From: Bdellovibrionota bacterium | Lineage (GTDB): Bacteria; Bdellovibrionota_C; UBA2361; OMII01 | NCBI GenBank assembly: GCA_044345405.1 | Contig: JBIJBE010000028.1 | Span: 1-44,971, forward strand | DNA: 44,971 bases | Direction of reading: 5' to 3' | Part shown: positions 38,564-44,971 of the stretch, one piece after another | How the letters are laid out: every line of letters starts with the position of its first letter | Numbering within the stretch: the stretch's first letter is position 1 | The notes under the pieces: model-generated | Database searches by the model: none | What the model saw: the letters and a program-made list of their open reading frames with translations, nothing else | What the model was told of the DNA's origin: nothing | Made by a program: the position numbers and the translations under genes

Positions 38564-39646
38564 TTAGGCCGCCTCTTGATCGAGCACAGGAAGTCGCGGT
38601 TGCTTCTTCGACGCGGTGGCTAATTGACCACACGCCGCGGCGATGTCTTGTCCCTTTGACCATCGGATGAAGGCTTGATGCCCTTGGGTGTTCATGTAGC
38701 GCTGCCAGTGGTGTACCCACTCCTTTGCTGGCGTATTGAAGCCAAGTCCCGCGTTGTCGTTGTATGGAATGAGATTGATCTTAACAGGGAGGCCTCGCAT
38801 CATCTTCGCGAGACGCTTCATATCGTCCTCGGTGTCATTGAGACCACCAAGCATCACGTACTCAATCGTAACCTTCTTACGAGGCCCAACCGGGAACGCT
38901 TTCACGGCGTCGAGAAGCTCACTGATCGGGAAACGGTCGTTGATCGGCATCACCTGAGAACGGATCTCATCGGTCGTCGCGTTGAGCGATACCGCGAGAC
39001 TCACGCTCACATCGCTCGCGGCAAGCTTGCGAATAGCGGGAACGAGACCGACCGTTGAAACGGTCACCTTGCGTGGTGACATCCCGAAGCCGAGCGGATC
39101 GGTGAGAAGCTTAACCGCGCGTGTCACACCATCGAAGTTGTGCAGCGGCTCGCCCATTCCCATGAACACGATATTGGAGAAGCTATCACCAAAATTTTTG
39201 GCGTCCTCAATCACCCCTCGAACCTGACGGATGATCTCTGAGGTCGAGAGGCTGCGCTTGAGCCCCATCGTTCCGGTTCTGCAGAAGCGACACGCCATCG
39301 CGCACCCCACCTGCGACGAGACGCAGAGGGTCATGCGATTCGGCTGCTTAATCATCACCGACTCAACGAGATCGCCCCCTTCCACTTCGAAGAGGTACTT
39401 TCTCGTTCCATCGGAGCTGATCTGACGGTCGTGAATACGGGCGGCGGGAAAGAAGAAATCTTGCGCCAGCTTTTCGCGGAGTACACGACTGATGTTGGTC
39501 ATCTGATCGAAATCAGTAACCCCACGTCGGTACACCCACTCGAAAAGCTGGGTCGCTCGAAAGCGGGTAGCGCCGTACTCCTTATCCAGGAGCTCGACCA
39601 GTTCGGAGTAGCTATAATTGAAGAAATCCTTGCTGGCCGCTGTCAC
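38564..39646 (-). CDS. rlmN: 23S rRNA (A2503-C2)/tRNA methyltransferase RlmN
   Basis: CVSSQVGCAMACRFC radical-SAM motif, MGMGEP and DIAAACGQL. Confidence 0.96.
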   Translation of the reverse strand: MTAASKDFFNYSYSELVELLDKEYGATRFRATQLFEWVYRRGVTDFDQMTNISRVLREKLAQDFFFPAARIHDRQISSDGTRKYLFEVEGGDLVESVMIKQPNRMTLCVSSQVGCAMACRFCRTGTMGLKRSLSTSEIIRQVRGVIEDAKNFGDSFSNIVFMGMGEPLHNFDGVTRAVKLLTDPLGFGMSPRKVTVSTVGLVPAIRKLAASDVSVSLAVSLNATTDEIRSQVMPINDRFPISELLDAVKAFPVGPRKKVTIEYVMLGGLNDTEDDMKRLAKMMRGLPVKINLIPYNDNAGLGFNTPAKEWVHHWQRYMNTQGHQAFIRWSKGQDIAAACGQLATASKKQPRLPVLDQEAA

Positions 39647-39672
39647 AACACCACCTCGTAAGAAGAAATCGG

Positions 39673-40086
39673 CTAGTTGAGCTCAGGGAAGAAAAGCTTG
39701 ATCTCAGTTACCGCGTTCTCTGGGCTATCAGAGCCGTGCACAGCGTTAGCCGCGATGCTCTCAGCGTAGAGGTTACGGATAGTTCCTGGGTCAGCCTTCT
39801 TTGGGTCGGTAGCTCCCATGAGCTTACGATTAAGGTTCACAGCGTCCTCACCCTCAAGAACAGAAACGAGAACTCGACCCGAGCACATGTAATCAACGAG
39901 CTCACCGAAGAATGGACGCTCACGATGAATAGCGTAGAACTCACCAGCCTGCTCTGGAGTGAGGGTCATCATCTTAGCCGCCGCGATCGTGAGACCAGCG
40001 TCTTCGAAGTGCGCGAGGATCTTTCCTACGAGGTTGCGAGCTGTCGCGTCAGGCTTGATGATTGAGAGGGTTCGCTGCTTTGTCAT
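39673..40086 (-). CDS. ndk: Nucleoside diphosphate kinase
   Basis: [22 protein letters not shown] and NAVHGSDS motifs; real start ATG 40086 with AAAGGA upstream. Confidence 0.96.
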   Translation of the reverse strand: MTKQRTLSIIKPDATARNLVGKILAHFEDAGLTIAAAKMMTLTPEQAGEFYAIHRERPFFGELVDYMCSGRVLVSVLEGEDAVNLNRKLMGATDPKKADPGTIRNLYAESIAANAVHGSDSPENAVTEIKLFFPELN

Positions 40087-40193
40087 AATCTTTATCTGTC
40101 CTTTGCTTCTAATGTATCCGCTTGCTCGTGGAGCTACCTCCGACACCTTTTCAAAACCCGGATGGGGTAAGCGTCTTGTGCGAGACCAAACGA

Positions 40194-40352
40194 GGATGTG
40201 TCCATCACACCCCACCACGCTGAGGCCCTCAAGGGAACCAGCGTTGGCTGATTACGTAACGGGAATGAAGGGTTATCACCCCCAATTCCGTGCCCGGGTA
40301 CTATAAACGGCTCTCGGATCCAACTCAAGGTGGGGCAGCGCGGCACACATCC
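40194..40352 (-). ncRNA. ssrS: Probable 6S RNA
   Basis: Ends pair (GGATGTGT/ACACATCC; CCCCACC/GGTGGGG); internal GAGCCGTTTATAGTACC resembles the E. coli 6S segment GAGCCGATATTTCATACC; apical stem plus a small 3' hairpin; ~160 nt. Confidence 0.55.
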
Positions 40353-40424
40353 TACCGCAACCAGCTGATTTAACTTTACTTTACCAGCACGATGCGAAAG
40401 CCGCCGATCTCCGAAACTCGGTCA

Positions 40425-40973
40425 CTAGCGGCCCCGCAGGGACGACTTGTACTTTCGGGTGAGCGCTGAGGCGATGACCGGAGGGACCATATCGGAAACA
40501 TCTCCCCCGAGAAGGGCGACCTGCTTCACCACAGTAGAGCTGATGTAGGAATGCTCCTCTCGCGCGGTTAGGAAGAGGGTCTCAATTCGGGGAGAGAGGC
40601 GGCGATTCACCAACGCCATCTGGGCCTCGTAATCGTAATCCGATACCGCGCGAAGACCACGGATGACCACCCGACTCTTGGTACGCTCAACGAACTCCAC
40701 CAAGAGACCAGAGAAGCTAACCACGGACACCCGCCCCTTGTACCGGGCGAACTGCTTTGAGATGAGCGCGACCCGTTCATCCTGGGAAAAGAGGTGATTC
40801 TTTGAGGGATTATGGAGAACTCCGATGATAATCCGATCGAAGATCTCAAGAGAGCGCTCAACGATATCGGCGTGCCCGTTGGTAAAGGGATCAAACGAAC
40901 CGGGAAACACCGCGGTCAACTCCCCTCCCTTTTTTCCCTTTCGTGCTCTTACAGCCATAGCGCGCCTCTCCAT
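40425..40973 (-). CDS. coaD: Phosphopantetheine adenylyltransferase
   Basis: FPGSFDPFTNGH, IRGLRAVSDYDYE and ISSTVVK motifs; start could be 40958. Confidence 0.96.
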   Translation of the reverse strand: MERRAMAVRARKGKKGGELTAVFPGSFDPFTNGHADIVERSLEIFDRIIIGVLHNPSKNHLFSQDERVALISKQFARYKGRVSVVSFSGLLVEFVERTKSRVVIRGLRAVSDYDYEAQMALVNRRLSPRIETLFLTAREEHSYISSTVVKQVALLGGDVSDMVPPVIASALTRKYKSSLRGR

Positions 40974-41054
40974 ACGGTCTCATCACCTCGGGGTTTCCCC
41001 AACTGACCGGATTGACTATCATCCCGACAGATAAACTTTTCAAGGACTAACGGT

Positions 41055-41303
41055 ATGGAGTTACCACGGCTTGCGGCGAAACAGAAGCGATACAGGGACG
41101 TTCTTCGGTATGCGAACACGGAGCAGATCGATCCCACTACCAAGTCCAAGATCCTAACAACCCTCAAGAGTTACAAAGCGGCCCTGGCCGCGTGTTGGAA
41201 GGCTCAAGGTGGAACACCTGAGGATGAGCAGCTCGTAGCGAACCTTGAGCGAGAGATAGACGCCCTCTTTGGCTCAGCCCGACTTCGAACCATGACTCCA
41301 TAG
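41055..41303 (+). CDS. Small helical hypothetical protein
   Basis: AAGGA RBS; 10 nt from the next same-strand gene; fills the gap divergent from coaD. Confidence 0.6.
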   Translation: MELPRLAAKQKRYRDVLRYANTEQIDPTTKSKILTTLKSYKAALAACWKAQGGTPEDEQLVANLEREIDALFGSARLRTMTP

Positions 41304-41313
41304 GGACACCACT

Positions 41314-41907
41314 ATGTCTGACGCGACATCAATCGAATCACACCCAAAAGGAACCTCCCCCCTGCGCGAGAACTGGTCAGGGATCGTTTTCATGATCATC
41401 CTCCTGCTCGCCTCTGGCATCACCGCCAGCGTTGCCGGGTATCGAATTAAGATCGCGGACAAGGACCGCAAGGCGCAGCTCTTTCAAGCCTACGAAGCGC
41501 TCGGTGGGACCCGCGAGCGTCTGATAAACATCGAGCACTCCATGCTCACAACACCAAGCTCACCGGTCGCGACTACCTTCCTCGCCGCGTATGAGACAAA
41601 TGAGCGGGCTCGCTCCTTTGGGCTCTACCGAGTTCTGGAATTCGCCAAAGCCCCGAATGTCGGCACAATCATAGCCTCACTTGATCAGATCGGCGCGACA
41701 GACCCAGCGCGAATCGTTGAGGAGACATGGAAAGCGATTCAGGAGAACCCAGCGACGGCGCAGCTCTCACACCCCGATCAAGGACCGATGAACGCCAAGG
41801 CCGCTCGTATCTCGAAGAAGTACAGTCGATACGCGGCTCGAGATGTCGAGACCAAGCTCTTCAAATACTATTCGGACCACCGAGCGGAGCTCGCCGCCAA
41901 GCCGTAA
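41314..41907 (+). CDS. Membrane-anchored protein with possible DUF4375/DMP19-like domain
   Basis: One N-terminal TM; IIASLDQIGA...IVEE and DVETKLFKYYSDHRAEL resemble the DUF4375 AL..IGA and L..YI..H..EF patterns. Confidence 0.5.
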   Translation: MSDATSIESHPKGTSPLRENWSGIVFMIILLLASGITASVAGYRIKIADKDRKAQLFQAYEALGGTRERLINIEHSMLTTPSSPVATTFLAAYETNERARSFGLYRVLEFAKAPNVGTIIASLDQIGATDPARIVEETWKAIQENPATAQLSHPDQGPMNAKAARISKKYSRYAARDVETKLFKYYSDHRAELAAKP

Positions 41908-41925
41908 CGGCGCCGTGCTATGGCC

Positions 41926-41964
41926 AAAAAAAACCGGGCCGCACCATGAGGTGGGCCCGGTTTT
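41926..41964. terminator. Bidirectional Rho-independent terminator
   Basis: A8-CCGGGCC-GCACC-ATGA-GGTG-GGCCCGG-TTTT between convergent genes. Confidence 0.8.
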
Positions 41965-42027
41965 GTCGATGTTCGACTCGCTACGCTTTGAGAAGCTCAG
42001 CGCGTCGCAACCATCTTTAACATCGGC

Positions 42028-42189
42028 CTACTTGGACTTCTTTGTCGCTGGAGCCTTCTTAGCGCCGGTCGCCTTTGGGGCAGCCGCCTTAGTAGCTGGC
42101 ACAGCTGACTTTACCTTGTGTTTGCGGGTGTTGCCGTATGAACCCTTAAAGATCTTTCCCTTACGAGAGCGACCATCTCCTCTTCCCAT
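42028..42189 (-). CDS. 30S ribosomal protein bTHX (Thx/PSRP4 family) with Lys/Ala-rich tail, 53 aa
   Basis: Manual translation MGRGDGRSRKGKIFKGSYGNTRKHKVKSAVPATKAAAPKATGAKKAPATKKSK*; matches the Thx pattern GKGD..TRRGKI..G.YG..R; AAGGA RBS and downstream terminator. Confidence 0.88.
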   Translation of the reverse strand: MGRGDGRSRKGKIFKGSYGNTRKHKVKSAVPATKAAAPKATGAKKAPATKKSK

Positions 42190-42316
42190 AGTGTATCCTT
42201 ATCCTATAAATCGTTAGTAGTACGTAATTCCGAACGGCCTAGTGCTAGAACGGAACTTCGAAAGTGCTATCATATAACCTTACTCTATCGAGACAACAGT
42301 TTTTTTACGTAACGTT

Positions 42317-42652
42317 ATGAACCCTACGCCAACAGAGATCACCCGTGACGCGCGAAACGGCCTTACCATCTCCTGGCGAGATGGAAGCAGGAGCCACATC
42401 CCCACCGAACTTCTGCGCCGAGAATGTCCGTGCGCGAGCTGCAAGGAGCAGCGCGGAGACACCTCTCACGCGAAGCCCCTCACCTCAAAGAAGCGCGGGC
42501 TAACTGTGATCCAGAATACGATCGAGGAGCAACTGGACCTGAAAGAGATCTGGGTTGTCGGTCAGTACGCTCTCGGAATGAGATGGGGCGATGGTCACGA
42601 TTCGGGGATCTACCCCTTCTCGCTCCTCTTTGAATTGGGACAACGATCGTAA
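42317..42652 (+). CDS. DUF971 (GBBH-like N-terminal) domain protein
   Basis: LTISWRDG, LRRECPCASC and VGQYALGMRWGDGHDSGIY motifs. Confidence 0.9.
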   Translation: MNPTPTEITRDARNGLTISWRDGSRSHIPTELLRRECPCASCKEQRGDTSHAKPLTSKKRGLTVIQNTIEEQLDLKEIWVVGQYALGMRWGDGHDSGIYPFSLLFELGQRS

Positions 42653-42668
42653 GAAAACGCTGAGGAGC

Positions 42669-43148
42669 CTAGCTCTTCGTGGCGTCGCCGAAATACACCG
42701 CTCCACACGACACCGGATTATCCGAGTCGTACTCGGTGCCGGGAGCCGTACAATTGGTGAATTGATAGGTCATAGTGACCTGAGCCTGAGTGTCTCCAGC
42801 TGTGAGAAAGCCAACCTCAGCGAGAACACTCTCACAGGTGTACGGAGCGATCGACCCGTAGTTACCGAACACAGGAGCCTGCGCGAGGAAGCTGATATCC
42901 TCCCCCTGACCTTGGCCACCGATTGCTACCTGTCCCGCTACATTCACCACGGTATAGACACCATTATCGATCGACACGCTCATGGGAAAGAGCGGATTAA
43001 TATCTTGCCGCAAGGCGAAGGGACAGTCGTTTTGGAGGGAGGAGGTGTTAAAGGAGCCGTTCCATACACCAGCGAAATCTGGGGAGTCCCCTCCACCACA
43101 ACCGAGGAGAGCGAGCGCGCAAGAGAGGGTCAATAGGTACTTTTTCAT
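42669..43148 (-). CDS. Hypothetical lipoprotein
   Basis: MKKYLLTLSCALALLG/CGGG lipobox; FAGVWNG motif; four further Cys residues. Confidence 0.75.
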   Translation of the reverse strand: MKKYLLTLSCALALLGCGGGDSPDFAGVWNGSFNTSSLQNDCPFALRQDINPLFPMSVSIDNGVYTVVNVAGQVAIGGQGQGEDISFLAQAPVFGNYGSIAPYTCESVLAEVGFLTAGDTQAQVTMTYQFTNCTAPGTEYDSDNPVSCGAVYFGDATKS

Positions 43149-43403
43149 AAGCTTCGGGCACAGTTATAGCCCATGGACCGGGGAAGGCAATCGGCGTTTT
43201 CCCCTTTTGCCGGCAGGCCGACGGAAAAGAGCATCGGAGTGGCGATCGACCCGTTTCATAACTCCGAGATAGCCGAGCGAACCGACCGAGGCGCGCGAAA
43301 AGGAGAGACCTCCAAGGTCAGTCAAGGAATAATTAATAGTCGATCGAGAGGCGGAAGAGGAGTAAGCGCCAGCGTGGGGCGCCTTACCGATGGAGGACGT
43401 ACA

Positions 43404-43448
43404 AATCAAAACGCGCGCACGATCCCGAGGGGCTAACGTGCGCGCGTT
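43404..43448 (-). terminator. Rho-independent terminator after infA
   Basis: Minus strand AACGCGCGCACG-loop-CGTGCGCGCGTT followed by TTGATT, ~30 nt after the infA stop. Confidence 0.7.
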
Positions 43449-43479
43449 ACGTGAGAAAGAAACCCTGGAGGGCGGTTCC

Positions 43480-43734
43480 TTACGATGGCGTCGAATCACT
43501 TGGCTTAGGACCACCACGTCCCTCAACGAGACGTCGAACGATGCGGCCCTTGGAAAGGTCATACGGAGAGATCTCCACAACAACTTTGTCACCAGGGAGC
43601 ACGCGGATGTAGAACTTTCGCATCTTGCCGGCGAGATGCGCGAGCACCTCATGGCCGTTATCACACTGCACACGGAATGCGTTGGGGAAGCACTCCTTCA
43701 CTACTCCGTTAAGCTCAATCGCGTCCTTTGACAT
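43480..43734 (-). CDS. infA: Translation initiation factor IF-1
   Basis: [23 protein letters not shown] and [23 protein letters not shown] motifs. Confidence 0.95.
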   Translation of the reverse strand: MSKDAIELNGVVKECFPNAFRVQCDNGHEVLAHLAGKMRKFYIRVLPGDKVVVEISPYDLSKGRIVRRLVEGRGGPKPSDSTPS

Positions 43735-43854
43735 CTTCTCTTCTTTCCAATTCTTCCGTTTACGTTTTTACCGCCGTTTTACAGTGGGGTGACAGTACTC
43801 CTCACCACCCCCTTATGCAACACGATGGGTTAGCGGGCCGTAAGACCCCCCTCT

Positions 43855-44844
43855 TTAGTTATCTCCGTTGAACGCTCCGATACGGCGGAACTTCTCGTAC
43901 CGCTGCGCCGTCAACTCCTTCACCTTGAGCTTCGCGAGAGGCTCGAGGGTCTTTACGAGCGCCGCTCGCAAGATCTCAGCGGCCTCTTTGTGGTTGCTAT
44001 GAGCGCCACCAGCTGGCTCAGCCACGATATCGTCGATCAAGTTGAGACGCTTGAGATCTTTAGCGGTCAAATTCAGCGCCTCAGCCGCCATCGCGGCCTG
44101 CTCTGGCGATACCGTCGCGGTCTCAGCCGAGTGCCACAAGATCGAAGCGCACCCTTCAGGCGTAATAACTGAGTAGCACGCGTTCTCCATCATGAGGATG
44201 CGGTCGGCTACACCGAGGGCGAGCGCTCCACCGCTTCCACCCTCTCCGATCACGACACTGATAACAGGCACGGTGAGCTCTGAGAGCTCCAACAGATTCC
44301 GGGCGATAGCCTCAGCCTGTCCACGCTCTTCAGCCTCAAGGCCTGGGAACGCCCCCTGCGTATCGATAAAGGTAATAACCGGCAAACCGAACTTCTCCGC
44401 CATGTGGAAGAGACGAAGGGCTTTTCGGTATCCTTCCGGATTCGGCATTCCGAAGTTGCGCTTCAAACGCTCAGCGGTCGTGCGGCCACGTTGATGACCA
44501 ACGATCATGACAGGAACCTCTCCTAAACGAGCGGTTCCACCAACGATAGCGGGATCATCACGGAACGCGCGATCGCCGTGAAGCTCTACGAAATCGGTGA
44601 AGATGAACTTGATGTAATCAAGGGTAAAGGGGCGATCGAAGTGTCGCGAGAGCTGAACTCTTTGATACGGAGTGAGCTTACCGTATATATCCTTTCGGAT
44701 CTTAGAAACCTTGCTTTCGAGTGCCGCGTACTCTTCACGACGGGCAGCGTTTCCGCTCGCCAGCTCATCCTTCAAGCGCTCAAGCTGATACTCTAACTCA
44801 ACCAAAGGCCGCTCAAAATCGAGTGGGTGCTCAATTGGACTCAT
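43855..44844 (-). CDS. accA: Acetyl-CoA carboxylase carboxyltransferase alpha subunit
   Basis: LDFERPL, ELHGDR..RDD, NFGMPNPEGYRKALR, AEERGQ and GEGGSGGALA motifs. Confidence 0.97.
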   Translation of the reverse strand: MSPIEHPLDFERPLVELEYQLERLKDELASGNAARREEYAALESKVSKIRKDIYGKLTPYQRVQLSRHFDRPFTLDYIKFIFTDFVELHGDRAFRDDPAIVGGTARLGEVPVMIVGHQRGRTTAERLKRNFGMPNPEGYRKALRLFHMAEKFGLPVITFIDTQGAFPGLEAEERGQAEAIARNLLELSELTVPVISVVIGEGGSGGALALGVADRILMMENACYSVITPEGCASILWHSAETATVSPEQAAMAAEALNLTAKDLKRLNLIDDIVAEPAGGAHSNHKEAAEILRAALVKTLEPLAKLKVKELTAQRYEKFRRIGAFNGDN

Positions 44845-44971
44845 GCGTCTTACACCTTGAAACTACTACGGATACCAGTATCCGGATTAATGCCGGGTGA
44901 TGATTCCATAGGTGGTGGGGGTAGGTCAAAGGGGGGGGTGGGGCCGCGGTAAAAGCCATTTCTTACAGTAA

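Noticed and set aside
40087-40346. 44-aa extension of ndk and 70-aa ORF 40134-40346
   Set aside because: They overlap the 6S-like RNA; Ndk homology starts at 40086.
41843-42217. 124-aa plus ORF with an apparently hydrophobic stretch
   Set aside because: Antisense of the bTHX gene and crosses the bidirectional terminator.
1-44971. CRISPR array, prophage, integrase/transposase or defence island
   Set aside because: No regularly spaced repeats or hallmark genes were seen; the window is dominated by housekeeping genes.

Overview
Core-genome window from a GC-rich, LPS-producing (Gram-negative) bacterium. Gene content and divergence suggest a deltaproteobacteria/Bdellovibrionota-like lineage (inference). 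It carries murB (partial)-murC, tatBC, lpxD, birA-nadC, dnaE, an ExoI-like nuclease, sucA, thyA-folA, a long minus-strand run (coaD, ndk, rlmN, LPS-core GT9/Kdo-kinase/heptose-kinase genes, yicC, gmk), infA and accA, with scattered lipoproteins and hypotheticals. I found no tRNA, rRNA, CRISPR array, prophage or transposase, and no multi-gene novel system. The most interesting signals are small and mostly absent from the ORF track: (1) a candidate free-standing ~130-nt sRNA at ~5407-5537 with its own promoter, a C-rich anti-Shine-Dalgarno loop and a terminator; (2) a probable 6S RNA between coaD and ndk; (3) an unlisted 53-aa bTHX ribosomal protein gene; (4) REP-like inverted repeats with compensatory base changes; (5) apparently degenerate PP2C, HDOD and VWA domains; (6) an orphan divergent flagellin and two sigma28-like promoters. 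All calls come from reading motifs by eye, not from database searches.
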